Below are positions 24,218-38,515 of a stretch of 64,000 bases of DNA, one piece after another. Origin of the DNA: Octopus vulgaris (Eukaryota); contig OX597822.1 of NCBI GenBank assembly GCA_951406725.2, positions 7,936,001-8,000,000 of the forward strand, given 5' to 3'. The notes beneath the pieces are model-generated. The model saw only the letters and a program-made list of their open reading frames with translations. It was not told the origin of the DNA and searched no databases. Position 1 is the first letter of the stretch. Each line of letters begins with the position of its first letter. The position numbers and the translations under genes are program-made.

Positions 24218-25771
24218 GCTTTTTATGAATAATCTTAAGAAAACAACTGCACCATATTTTTGGTATATTATTTTGCTATCTTATTTTGATACCTTATTTT
24301 TCGTCCCATCACACCTCTTGAAAACATTTTTTGGTTATTAATTCTACAACCTGTGTACCATATTAACCCTTTTTGAATTTCCTTGGCAATTCATGTATAA
24401 TATTGAACTCAGATATTTCCATCCTGAAAACAAAATTAACTTTAATAACCACTTCTATTCAAGAATTCAAATTTTACCTCATAGATATTAACTTTATTTT
24501 CTCCAATACATTCATTTCAATAATAAAATTTATTGTACGCAAATGCATTGTTAATACATTATTCTAAGATAGTTTCTTTTTAATTTTCAGAAAGCTTTGC
24601 GCTTCCATAATTCATTCAGATGTTTTCAAAGCAACCAATTTTTACATTCTTCACACTTTAATTATCGCACTCATACATTTAATGACATATTTTAATGGAT
24701 CCCTAAAAATTTGTTTTTCGAATAATGTGCATCATTAAACGACAAATAATGTAATCTATATCCTCATATTCAATTTTCTTAAATTCATTCGTCTAATGTA
24801 GAATAATTCCAATTTATATATTTCTTCAATAAATAACATGGCTTTATAAACAATATACGTTTTTTTCTTTTGCTCGATACTTTAGTTCAGAGAAAATCCA
24901 TCTAACATTATACATCGTAAATCGTCCTAAATAAAAATCATGTTCATTTCTATTCCATTATATGTCGAAATTCTTCAATTTTCAAATCCGTAGAATTCAT
25001 AATTTCTTCGAACAAGTTTCAGAAATCTAAATTTTTGTACATGAAACTAAGATAGTCATTGAAATTCGGTTATCATACTTACAGCATGCTGAGCTGGAGT
25101 TCAGTTCTACATAGTTTTCCAGTATTCATTCATTACTAAGTTTCATATATATATAACAGTAATGTTTCTAAAATATTTCATCTGAATGTTGAAGAAATTT
25201 GTATATATGGATACACATAAAAATACCGAAGAACTTTCAGGGGTGTGTGCTAGGATTCAAACCTTTTACCTTAAAATGACTGCCTTAATAAGGCTGGTGA
25301 AGTACTGAGTGAGGTTGAATGAAAGATATTTTATAAGTTTGAGTGAAGCTGCAAATTGTATCTATCGTCATATTGACGTATATATAATTCTAATTCCCAA
25401 ACAATTATTTTTTTCTTTCCTTTTCGTTTTTCCGTGTTTTCAGCTTTTCACTTTTTACATCTACTTCCTTCTCGTTCTTTCTCGTATTTTATCCTCTGTA
25501 TCGTCCTGTTATAGCTTGTATTCCCATATGGGCAGAACATGAGAATTGTAGGCACACAGAATGTTAGAAAATGCTCTCTGAGTTGTTTTGATCGCATAAA
25601 ACAATAGTAGCTCTTAAAAATATAAATACTGTGGTCTGTTTATTAAATGACATTTATCTCTCAGCAAATAGAGTGCCGTCACGGAACAGTGCACTATGTG
25701 TGTGTCTATGCGTGTGCATGCGTGTGTGTGTCTGCTTGCGCACCTGTACACACATACACACACACACACAC

Positions 25772-25859
<88 letters not shown>

Positions 25860-26252
25860 ATTCTTTTATAGTTTTTACATTTTTCAATCATTTGACTGCA
25901 ACCATGCCGGAGCATCGTCTGAAAGCGGGTTTAGTCGAACAAAGCAATCCAAGGACTTATTCTTTGTAAGCATTGTACCTATCCTAACGCTAAGTTACGG
26001 GCACGTAAACAAACTAATATCGGTCGTCAAGCGATGATGGGGGACAAACAGTGATACAAAGACAAACACACACACACACATATATATATTTATACATGGA
26101 GCTCTCAGGTTCCGTCTGCCAAGCCACTGGCAAGGCTTTGGTTAGTCCGTGGCTATAGTAGAAGATATTCGAACAAGGTGCCAAGCAATGGGACTGAACC
26201 CAGAACCATGTGGTTGGGAAGCAAGCTTCTTACCACACATTCACGCCTGCGC
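25860..26252 (-). mobile_element. SINE family B
   Basis: tcatttgactgc..ggacttattctttgtaagc..gttgggaagcaagcttcttaccacac. Confidence 0.85.
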
Positions 26253-27865
26253 CAAGGTAATTCAGATCCGCTCTGCATGAGGTGTGATAATTTCATGAAT
26301 TTATAACTGTCGAAAGTTAAAATTCCAGAAAAGAGCAGAGGGTATAATTTTTTTTTATATAAAAGTATAAGCGGACAGTGGTGAATACGTTTTTCTAGCT
26401 TCACATCCGTCATCAGTGGGGCCTTTTTCTGATATCTCTCAGATAATATGTTGAACTTGTTCTTAATAGCATTTCAGCTTTAGGAAATTCTATTATCTCA
26501 TCTCATTGCTAGTTTCAAATGTGATTTGGTCATAACGTCTTATGTCCTTAGGCGGAGATAATTGTAGTAAATTAAATCTTGTATTGGATGTAATATGGTA
26601 CAATTGTATTCATTTATGGTGTCTATGCCACTCGCCTCGCTACCATGAGTTTTTTCTCTTCATTCTTCTTCGTTTCATGTGTGCAAGTTATAAATGTGCT
26701 TTACTTCTTCAATATTCGTTTAGTTTGGTTGGCTACCGGATATAAGAATGGACAATTATAGTACTAAGATGATTATTGTGCCAGAATCACTGTAACTTGT
26801 CTCCAAAGAATGAGCCAGAATCGTTGTCCCCTTGCCTCCAAACAAAGAGTCAGTTTTTTTGCTTAATGCCAAAACAACTTCGGAGAATGCTTGATCCAAC
26901 TATTCTGTTTTCAATTCAAGCTGGAGTTAATTGCTAAGTCGTAAATATTACACATCTTCTAGAGGCGGAAATAACATTGAAAGAATGCAACTGAATGACA
27001 TGCTGGTTTTATGGAAGGAAGTCTATGGCGGCCATGCCTCACTATTTCTGCACCGCTGAATCTATGCGTGCTCTTACACAGAAGAGCATAGGCAAAAATT
27101 CAGGAATATTATGCGGCGGAAGGGGGTAAGAAGAAGTAGTAGATACAAAATATTATGAATGGAATTATGAATGGTAAGAACAATAGTTGCAAAGAACAAC
27201 AAAAATTACATCGACAACAACAACAACAGCAACAAAAGCAGCAGCAACAACGAAAGCAACAGTGAACATATTACTAATCTTTTCTGCAATCGACCTGAAA
27301 TTTGGTTAGAGGGATCTAATCGATAACATCAACCCAAGTACTCGGTAGATTTCTAATTTTACAAATCCTGAAAGGAAGAAAAGCAATGCTAACCTGATTG
27401 GAATTTGCACTCATAAGGTAACAATGGACGGAATGCAGACTTAGAAATAATAATAACACTAAATATACAAAATAACGCAGTCCTATATTTAACAGATGAG
27501 CAATTATGTACATTATTTACACAATTTACATATGACGATATTTGTCCTCATCTTGTTTGTTGTTAACACATTTCGGATGGTATACCCTCCAGCCTTCATC
27601 AGGTGTCTTGGGTAAATTTCGAACCTGGGTTCTCATTCCTAAGGTTATCTTTCGATGAAGGACACCTCCCCTTGTGGGATGAAGTTATAATAATAGACAC
27701 AGCACACTATTGGAAAATACGGAAACTAAAAGAAGCAGCACATATGCTAGGACACAACAACCTCCTAGGCAGACCGAATGCAGATATGAATAGCATATGG
27801 GAACCCGTATTAAGGAAGGACAGAAAGATATAAGATTTATAAGCCATAAAATTCACTCTAGAATT

Positions 27866-27942
27866 GCCCACCGGCATATGGCGTAATAGTTAACAGTGTG
27901 GGTTACTAACACCAAGATTCCGAGTTCGATGCCAGGCAGTGA

Positions 27943-27946
<4 letters not shown>
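27866..27946 (+). promoter_or_regulatory. tRNA-like segment with Pol III A/B boxes inside the PLE 3' region
   Basis: TGGCGTAATAGTTAA (A-box-like) and GAGTTCGATGCC (B-box-like) at tRNA spacing. Confidence 0.6.
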
Positions 27947-28006
<60 letters not shown>

Positions 28007-28015
28007 TACTCCAAG

Positions 28016-28059
28016 ACACCTGATGAAGGCTGGAGGGTATATCAATCGAAACGTTGTGT
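28016..28059 (+). ncRNA. Type-I hammerhead ribozyme motif (inverted copy at 27566-27606)
   Basis: ACAC-CTGATGA-A-GGCTG-GAGGGTATAT-CAATC-GAAA-CG-TT-GTGT. Confidence 0.72.
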
Positions 28060-28612
28060 TCACAACAAACAAGATGGGGACAAATATCCGTCAAATATAG
28101 ATTATGTATTCAAAATAACGGTTATCTTTTGTACGTTCCTTCCGTAAATGGCAGTGAAAGCTCTGCGCAATGGGCTGTCAGGAGACATGATGTATAGTTT
28201 CGTAATATACTAAATTTACAAATGTGAATGTTGCTTAAAAACCGTGATTATACATTTAATAATACTTTGTGAATTCCGGCGTATATTTTAATGCTCACTA
28301 CACACTCACACATACACACACATGCATTATTCTTTGCGTGCGTATGTATGTATTGGCATAAATATAAAACAGCCAAAGATTCTTTGAAGCGACTCTCTGT
28401 ATATTGAAGTAAAAGATCACAATGAATATATAATAATGAAAGGAAAGTTTTAAATGAGTTTCAAGTCTAACCACAATTCCATTCGACAAACATTTTCACG
28501 AAGCCAAATAACCGTAGCTACGTTACTCCCAATGCTTTCATCTAAATAATGCATGCATACATGTATACCTGCCTACCTAAATTTTTTTGTCCCCTTGCTT
28601 TTTTTCTGTGTA

Positions 28613-28650
28613 TCTTTCTGTTGAAGAGCGTAGGCTCGAAACGTAAAAGA
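28613..28650 (+). ncRNA. Minimal hammerhead ribozyme motif (core variant)
   Basis: TCTTT-CTGTTGA-A-GAGC-GTAG-GCTC-GAAA-CG-TA-AAAGA; followed ~90 bp later by (TA)n. Confidence 0.6.
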
Positions 28651-28741
28651 CTTTTTCTATTCCCGAGCGCTATACTAATACAATTATTTGTTTGTACTCC
28701 AACTGCCTTCGTCTTTTGTTTATTTTCGTAAACTTTCCCTT

Positions 28742-28799
<58 letters not shown>

Positions 28800-28837
28800 A
28801 TATATATATATGTATATACATATATTTAAAATTATGA

Positions 28838-29440
28838 TTTAGGGTATCTACGAGATACCACCATGCTGAAAATAGCACCAAAGGTCTGACACTAAAACCA
28901 CATTAAATGTTCATACAGCACAAGGAGAGAAACATAAAAGACAAAATAGATCTAGTAAAAAATTACTGGATAATTCTAGATCCCCGATTTCTGGCTTTGC
29001 ATTTAGAAATGCTTTGCCTCATCAGTGGAATATACGCAGAAAGTAACATAAATGCATATATATATATATATATATATATATACAACATACGAATACTTAC
29101 ATATACGAACGTATACATACATATATATATATATGCACGTATGCATGACACCCAGTTTAAAGTGTCCGCTTCGTAACTCCATTGTGCGATAAGGTTAAAA
29201 TATCACCGCATTAAATACAGTGACGAAATACATTTAAATTTATATAAGGATAAGATCGTTAATTTAAATTAAATTAAATAACCATCTTATCAAGTAGCCA
29301 ACATGGAAATAAAAAACCTTCAAAGGTAATAATTATAGAAAATATAATTTAGGGTATCTACGAGATACCGCTTTGCTGAAAATAGCAGCCAAGATCTGAC
29401 TCTAAAACTACATTAAATGTTCATACATCACAAGGAGAGA
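28838..29440. repeat. Direct repeat pair (~93 bp), probable tandem pseudo-LTR remnant
   Basis: tttagggtatctacgagatacc..cacaaggagaga at 28838-28930 and 29348-29440, with an HHR between the copies. Confidence 0.8.
28974..29030 (-). ncRNA. Type-I hammerhead ribozyme motif with extended stem II
   Basis: TTCCA-CTGATGA-GGC-AAA-GCATTTCTAAATGC-AAA-GCC-A-GAAA-TC-GGG-GA-TC-TAGAA. Confidence 0.7.
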
Positions 29441-29670
29441 AGATAGAAAGACACATTTCTGAAAATTCACCTTAACTTTCAAGAAATAGATGTTTTTTTA
29501 TTGAAATTTTCTACAAATATACCACGGACTATGTAGATTCCGAGAACATAGAAATTGATGGTGGGGGGACAATTGAAGGTTACTTTTGAGGACCGTTCCC
29601 CACACCGGTATGTTTCTGAACAAGTCGTCCATATTTGTTTCATTTTCTTCGTTTTGTGCATTTGGTGCTG

Positions 29671-29860
<190 letters not shown>

Positions 29861-30435
29861 TGATTGAATCACTGGAATTCCCAATCTAAGCGCGTTTTAC
29901 TTATTACCAGTTGTCGATATATAAGGCACAACCTATATCTCTTAACTGATTTAATAAGAAATAATACTAGATGCCTTATTTATTGCGTTGCATAAATAGT
30001 AAACTGATGAATGATGGTAGAAAAATATCGTCTGATCGTATCATGGTCATGAAGATTTTTGTGGTTTATGAAATAATACATATGCAATATATTGTCTTCC
30101 CGGTGCCTTTAGGCACTCACTTGATATGGTAATCTAATGGCTAAACCTCCAATGAAAATATTTATACTGCTCTCATTAAGCTGAAATTGTGCATTGATTG
30201 TTTCAGACTTTGATCTACTATATATGACCCAAAAGATAATTTTAAAATATCTAATCACTGGGTGATCAGAACTGACCTGGCGATAAATAACAATAATTTC
30301 TTGTTCATGCAGAAACAAGTATTAATCGAATATTTAAAATGGCCGGGTATGCTCGTACGTCTCTATCTGAAGCTATCTAGTTGAAACCAATCCGGCAATT
30401 GTAGCAATTTAAACAAAAGATATTATACGGATCGT

Positions 30436-30812
30436 GGAGGCGCAATGGCCCAGTGGTTAGGGCAGCGGACTCGCGGTCGTAGGTTTCGATTCCCAGACCA
30501 GGCGTTGTGAGTATTCATTGAGCGAAAACACCTAAAGCTCCACGATGCTCCGGCAGGGGATGGTGGCGATCCCTGCTGTACTCTTTCACCACAACTTTCT
30601 CTCACTCTTACTTCCTGTTTCTGTTGTACCTGTATTTCAAGGGGGCCGGCCTTGTCACTCTCTGTGTCACGCTGAATATCCCCGAGAACTACGTTAAGGG
30701 TGCATGTGTCTGTGGAGTGCTCAGCCACTTTCACGTTAATTTCACGAGCAGGCTGTTCCGTTGATTCGGATCAACCGGAACCCTTGTCGTCGTAACCGAC
30801 GGAGTGCTTCCA
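30436..30812 (+). mobile_element. SINE family A, full length with TSD
   Basis: TSD attatacgga at 30422-30431 and 30814-30823. Confidence 0.92.
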
Positions 30813-32040
30813 CATTATACGGAGTATTTTGGAGGTTAGCGCATTGGGTAAAATGCTTAAAAGCGTTTCTTCCGGCTTCTTATTGTCTGAGTCGCTTTAT
30901 AGTCCCGCCGAGATCAACATTACCTTTCATCCCTCCATTATCGATAATACAAAGTACTATGGCAGGTATAATCGACCCACCCTTTCTATCTAAATCTACT
31001 AGTCTTCTGACAAAATTTGAAAGAATTAGCATAACTTATAATAGCAGAGTCAGATTATTTGCATACATGATCTTAACCGACACTTTTAGACTAAAGGCAA
31101 CATTGAAACCATACAATATAGTGTTTTGACCAAATGGCACAGAAAAGAGCCATCGCAACCCTGCTCCCCTCTCTCTAATTTTCTCTCTCTCCCTCACACA
31201 CAGACATATACACACACACATACAGAGAAACTATTTCCAGAATAGTGTGTTATTAAATTTGGTAATAGATGCCCTCATTTTCTATAGTCTATATCACTTT
31301 AGAGAAATATCTGGTGACTACAACAGAATATCAACCCTTTGTTTTGTACAAGATTTGAAAAACTGGCAAAATGCAAGGAAATATAGACATTCAATACCGA
31401 ATTCGGAATAATCACAAAAGAGCAAATGTAACATACTTAGTAGTGGAACACTAACGATATCCTTGAGATCCAACCTAATGGTAGCTACATTACATCATGT
31501 TGTTTATTTTTTTTATTTGCATATTTTTGTGAAATTCTGTTTTAAATATGGGAAATATATTTCTCGTGTAGCAAAATTACCATCGTGACGATTTTGAATA
31601 GATTCATAATGTCATGTGAAACACAATTCTTTGAAACCATAGAAAAAAAAAATAAGCGAGGACGATTTTAAATTCTGACGATGATTCACATGTGCTATTG
31701 ATACTAGGGAAGTGCGTTTTGTGCTTCTTAGAAATCGACATCTGGGTACCAATGAAGTTTGAAATATGCAAATCTCTATAAATATGAACTCCACGTGATT
31801 TTATAAGGGAAATGCTGCTGCAAAACACCTGCCATGTCTGCTCGTAAACAAACATCATGACGAACAAGTGACGGCCTAGATATTTGTTTCCGCCACAGTT
31901 AATGGCAAACAAAACATATGTGAATCATCAGGTGACATTACAGATGATAATGCTAAATTTTAATACTGAAATCTTCAAATGTGCTTATATTTGTCGAAAA
32001 ATAAAGTGGATTCTATTACCATAGATTAAGTATTCATATA

Positions 32041-32455
32041 CGCGTAGGAGTGGCTGTGTGGTAAGTAGCTTGCTAACCAACCACATGGTTCCGGGTTCAG
32101 TCCCACTGCGTGGCATCTTGGGTAAGTGTCTTCTGCTATAGCCCCGGGTCGACCAATGTCTTGTGAGTGGATTTGGTAGACGGAAACTGAAAGAAGCCTG
32201 TCGTATATATATATATATGTATGTATGCGTGTGTGTGTTTATGTGTCTGTGTTTATCCCCCTAGCATTGCTTGACAACCGATGCTGGTGTGTTTACGTCC
32301 CCGTCACCTAGCGGTTCGGCAAAAAGAGACCAATAGAATAAGTACTGGGCTTACAAAGAATAAGTCCCGGTGTCGATTTGCTCGAGTAAAGGCGATGCTC
32401 CAGCATGGCCGCAGTCAAATGACTGAAACAAGTAAAAGAGTAAAAGAGTAAAGAG
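32041..32455 (+). mobile_element. SINE family B, full length
   Basis: Head gcgtaggagtggctgtgtggtaag; tail (gtaaaaga)n. Confidence 0.92.
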
Positions 32456-33393
32456 TATGTGGAGATGTGTAACCATAGCAGAATTGTTTTTAAATGTAAC
32501 AGACGTATGAGTATATGAAACGGAAGAAATCTGACGCCACCAAAATCTAAGTCTGTTTACTTTTGTCACTAAAGATAACTAAATGAATGACTTTGCAGAA
32601 CGAAATCTTATTAGGTACATTTTCAGTACCAATTTAATGGCAATGAAATAAGAGGATCTATTGGCTGCTTCAAATATTTTTTTATGAATATCAGTAGTTA
32701 TAATAAACTGGAAGTAACTAACAATATATTACGTATCCTGATATGCGAATTAGTTCGCCATTTTTCCTGCACCTAACGAATAATTATACCGATATTTGTG
32801 AAGTTTTTCGCTTCCTATACCAGTCTATTATGACAGTTTTCTTTGATTTTGTATATTACTAGCGTATATTTCCAACACACATACATGCACACGCACACAC
32901 TCACACAAACAGGATCTGTTTGCCTCTCAGTCTCTCTCACCCTCTCTCCCTCCTCTCTATCACACTCTCATTCCTTCAGTTTTAAGAATTTGCTTATTTC
33001 ATTTGCCCTTGTCCGTTCATCTCAAATTTTTTGCTATCTAATTTCCTCTTATTTCCTTTTGCACTCGACGTCGCTATAACATTTTTACATCATGTCTCTA
33101 GCGTTCAAACAAGAAAATCTATAGTTTAATTCATACGTTTTCTTTTCGTTTTCTTTCACTCCATTCTCACGTCTTCTCTTCTATACATTTGTCAATTTAA
33201 TCTTTCAATTTTTATATATTTTATACCTTTTTAAATATTTTGCATAGAAATTTTGTGAGTTTGTTGTGTTATATTTCATAATTAATTCGGATCGATACTA
33301 GTTCCTCAACCATATGTTTGAAGCTATGGCTTACTACATTTCAAAATGGACGGATAGTAAAGGAATATTCAGAATATAATCAGCTATTATACA

Positions 33394-33482
<89 letters not shown>

Positions 33483-33551
33483 GCGCGCACACACACATTC
33501 ATGCGCACACAAATGCGCACACACGCGCACACACACACACACACACACACA

Positions 33552-33591
<40 letters not shown>

Positions 33592-36185
33592 AGATTTTTC
33601 GAAAGTAGTATATCACTCGATCAGTTAAGAAAGTAAAGGTATAATAAATACAACTTCCTGGGGTTTCCTGCCCGAAATATGAATTCATTTTACCATTTAT
33701 AAAGCTGTTCAAAGCAACATGACGGCCCACCTCTTGCGTTCGATGCAATCGAGTTTTGACGAGAAATCTTTAGTGAAAGATAATGAGAGATGCAGGGGAG
33801 ATAACATCACAGTAAATATATCCAATGCCCTTTGCATAGCAAAAATCCTTTAATGAACACTGAAGGGGTCTCTTATCTGTCCATTGGTATGTCCTCAATT
33901 CCTGCTAAGATGCAGCTTATAAAGAATATTTTGTTCTTGTTAGTTACACAGTTATTCCAGGTTATTAACTGCTTTAAAGATACGTTTTTCAAGAGAGCAT
34001 ATGGAACAGCTTTTTGAACAAACCCTATATTCAGTGGGAATTTAATTGTTGTTTCTCAAAATCGAAAAATATTTTGGCCAAAGATCTAGCGAGATTACCA
34101 CTGCAATGTAAATGATGTAAAGGAAGAATTCTTATATCTGTAGTTTCAACCGGCTAACCACATTATTTTTAATCTTTGAATTACTATTATGGCTTTACTT
34201 TTAGGGTAAAACATTTGTACATGGTTTCAAAGTACCCAAAATCAACAAAGGTGATGATTTTCACCACAATGAATGAACACAGTCAAATCAATTACCCCCT
34301 GTTACAACGCAAAATGCGGAAATGTAAACGTAAATTATTAAGATATTTACGCCAACGCTCGATAATTTCAGCCGATCCTACCCTCTAATCATCTAACGTT
34401 TGATCATTTACACTAAACATGGGAAGTTTGGGTTATTCATAAGAATAAGCTGTATAGGCAGTTGAATAGAAATTATTACCTCTCATCCTATATAACGCTT
34501 TTTCTGCCCTGCAAGCTTGAAATATAAAAAGTTTATTAGTAATGTTAGGATTGGAAGAAGAACATTTACATTTGATCAATTTTTAAATATGTCTTTTCAT
34601 GCAAGACCAGTGCATCGATTTGTCAGGATCATATATATATTGGAAGTATTAATGATGTGAACTAACCCTAACCTACAATTTTCCACCTGTGATCCGAGAA
34701 CTAAATGAAACATTGATTATAAATTCTAACGATACTTTCAAAGATTAGTGATGTGTAAGGTGTTCCATTTATTATTAGTGTATAAACTAAGATCAACGTG
34801 ATTTAATATACCTATCATATATTTTTTCTTTCTATGTATCCAGGTCAGCCTTATGCAATATGTCTTCACGGTTTATATAAAGTGATTTGTGTAGTTCTTG
34901 TTTGCTAATTTTTCAAATTTGCTTTATCAGATAGATCACCTGGTACTGAATCTTGAAGAAAATTGCCCCTTAATATGGATTTTTACTTTCGTTTCATAAT
35001 CGAATGGATCGACTTCAAATTGAATCAACTAAAAATTGAATTATTGGAATAAACAATCAATCCAAGTCCTTAACACGAAATATGAGTATAGATAAACAAT
35101 GCAAAAAGCAAAGAGATATATTAATGACCATAGAAGCTTCACCATTACCGTTATGATGCTCGATAAGTTATATGTTATTGGCGTGTGGTTGTTAGGAGAA
35201 AATATATAGGAAAATGATAACTTGCATTTATAGTTAGGGCTCACTGTTAATTCATGCCTCTGTCATTTTTCTTCCCTCAAGAATACGTTAGCTACCATGG
35301 TAAGTCTAAGCACCCAATTATTAGTATCATTGCATTGTTCACAGAATAATGACTGCATCAGAAATCCTTTACAGTAATTATTCTATTTCTTTAGATTCTT
35401 TACTCTAAGTCCAGCGTGAAATATTTGAACAACAACCAAACTCAAGGACACGTACTTTGTCTGCAGGACTTGGTACTTTACAAAGCAACACATCAATCGG
35501 CACATCCTGGGGTACACTGATGCTTATATTCGCAATGATAGAATATTTAGTCACAACATGTAGTAAAGTTTAATTAAGCAGAATATAAGCTTGTTATTTT
35601 AATAGTGGCTGTTGAGGATAAGTATAGCAGTGGAAAGGAGGTGTGCAACGTCAATGTTGTTGTATGTATGTGTGTGTGTGTGTGCACACACACATACACA
35701 TACACACTCACACACAGACACATAGACACACGCACGTATATATTTAGTTAAGTTATATTCTGTTTAGCTCCTCCAACTTCTGATTTCACCCAGTGTTATC
35801 CAGTAGTAGTATTATGTGTACTGTTAGATTTGCGATGCGGCTTCTATACTGTGTGAATAGATAATTGAATGCGTTGAAGCCAGCAAGCGCAACGTGCTTC
35901 TCCTGGCTTGCAGATATTTGGTTATGTAACCGTTTCCTTGCATTATGAGATCTTGTTGTGTTTTCTCAGGTGATATTTAAATATTCGCATGCATTACACA
36001 AACGCCCACAAACCTCTAACCCCTTTTTCCTATGATACTTCGCTAATAAACAGAGAAATGTTGAAAACGGCTATTTTAACTCACAGTATTCAATTATTAA
36101 ACATTCGTATTGGAATGAATTAATAAAATTTAATATCAAATATTTATTGAACTGTGATTTACTGTCAGATGACTCCTGGCCAAAC

Positions 36186-36268
<83 letters not shown>

Positions 36269-36296
36269 TATAATTAAATATAATAAAATGAATTAA

Positions 36297-36343
<47 letters not shown>

Positions 36344-37296
36344 AAATGAATTAAATATAATAAAATGAATTATATGCATAAACCCATATCTAGCTGCATT
36401 TATAATTTAGTGTACTAAATTCATAAATGATCATGAAATGTCAGTATGTGGGTCTTTAGTTGTTACCAATATTTGTGCGCATAGATTGCTGGGAGCTGGC
36501 AGAAACGTTAGAACGCCTGGTTAAACGCTTAGTCCATTTCTACGTTCTGAATTCACACTCCACCGTGGTCGACTTTGTCATTCATCATTTAGGGGATCAC
36601 AAAATAAGTAACCGCTGAGTAGTGGGATCGATGTAAACGACTTATCACCTCCTCATAACTTGAAAACCAATATTTGTATGCAGTACATAAATGCCTTCAA
36701 GCACATGCCTTTCCAAAGTAATATTTCCTGTTATCCTGGGATAATTTTGTACGGTTTAATTTAATACTTGTTTGTAAGCTCACTGAAAATATTCCTAAAA
36801 CCTGTACAGTGGTACTGATTTTGTTTACAAAACACTCCAACATTTTGTTAGCATTAACTGCACATAAAACGTAATGTTCAATTCAAGGATAATTTAAATT
36901 AAATTTCCATTTACAGACATCCATCTGGTGAAGGTAACGCGAGTGCATTTTGGATTCGAAAGCATATGATAACCAGAAGTTTGCTTTTTCTATTTCTGTA
37001 AATCTATTTCTTTATATATGGCTAAGACTGTTCTTTGGTGTGCTCATATTTGTACGTCTTCCAGACATTGTTTTCTTTTACTTAAATCGGAAAAAGCGAA
37101 AAGTAAATAGAAATATGCTAATGGGATGAATAAGTAGTATAGAGATCAGGGTGGAAGAATGAAGAAAAGAAGAAGGATGAGAAGGGGACTAAGGACCTTA
37201 GCTCTCCTTCCTCATTCTTTTTCATCTTCATCCCTTGACAACACATTTCCCCCCGCATATATGTGTGTGTGCCTGTGTGTGTAAACATATATATAT

Positions 37297-37446
37297 ATAT
37301 ATTAGAAGAAATGAGGTACTCAGAAATCTGGATGGTTTTTATATTTACCGATATTTATTAATATGTCACATGGTTATATAAATCATATACTAGTGCGTGC
37401 GTCCACTCTAGTGAAGTCGTCTGAGTACCTCATTTCTTCTAATATA
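37297..37446. repeat. Short inverted repeat (~27-bp arms) between TA tracts
   Basis: tatattagaagaaatgaggtactcaga / tctgagtacctcatttcttctaatata. Confidence 0.8.
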
Positions 37447-37493
37447 TAATACCTGTACATCATCTCCAAACCTTCTAAGATATATATATATAG

Positions 37494-37542
<49 letters not shown>

Positions 37543-37593
37543 TACATACATACACATATATATATGTATGTATATATATATATATCTACATAC

Positions 37594-37642
<49 letters not shown>

Positions 37643-38377
37643 TGTACATATGTATAAATTCATACACATATACATATACATAAGTTCAGTTTTTAACAAA
37701 ATGCATTCCATTTTTTAAACCTAATACAGTGTTCAACCGCAAGTTAGATGTTCTTTAAAACTGATGATGGGGAGATCATCCTTATCCAGGCACTGTGGAA
37801 TCGAAACACCGAAATAGTGGAATTGAAACACCGAAACATATTTTTCGACATTTGTTCATATGTTCATTCCTTGCAAACAATTCACCGAGTGTCGCCAGTT
37901 TTTACCACGCAATTCATCGTTTAAAAATCTACATTTAAATAGGTTTTGTTGTTTTAGGACCGTTGAACGTTGAACGCTTGTACTCCATGTTTGGAAAGAC
38001 AAATCTGAAATAAGTGCTGACTGTGCAGAGGTAATGTGGTTGCCGTCCCGTAAATACTCTCCACGCTTTCACAATTCATTTCAATGCTTAGAATCATGAA
38101 TTGGTGCAACAAATCTGAGTATATGTGACTATAGTACTACATAAAAACACTGGTTAAATTTATCCTTTTTGTGATGAAATAACACTATATTCTAACTGCT
38201 AGTGTATAATTCCAAAATGCACATCCCCTTATGGGAACCATTTAATTTAATCGTAGCCTCATCAATCCATATGCACTGTGAAAGTGACCGTGCTCCACCA
38301 CTAAGCTACCAGATCTAAACCATTCGTTTTATCATCCATTATACATACACACACACACACACATATATATGTATCTA

Positions 38378-38424
<47 letters not shown>

Positions 38425-38461
38425 ATATATATCTATATGTATCTATGTATATGTATATATG

Positions 38462-38515
<54 letters not shown>

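Larger units (their letters stand above)
27522..28103 (+). mobile_element. 5'-truncated PLE end with inverted pseudo-LTR: EN C-terminus + tRNA-like segment + (AAT)n + HHR
   Basis: Inverted arms 27522-27611 and 28010-28103. 27659-27833 encodes GHLPLWDEVIIIDTAHYWKIRKLKEAAHM..MNSIWEPVLRK*, the C-terminus of a Penelope/Poseidon-type GIY-YIG. Confidence 0.8.

Noticed and set aside
30436-30510. tRNA gene-like sequences at SINE heads
   Set aside because: They continue into SINE bodies with TSDs and lack a proper acceptor stem and terminator, so they are not called as tRNA genes.
37761-37850. CTGATGA...CGAAA hammerhead-like spacing
   Set aside because: Stems I and III could not be formed, and the region is disturbed by a 22-bp tandem duplication.
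36917-38030. Possible host exons (ag|ACATCCATCTGGTGAAG|gt at 36917; ag|GACCG..GCAGAG|gt at ~37959-38030)
   Set aside because: Splice-like sites only. The second has stops in all frames, and neither gives a recognisable peptide.
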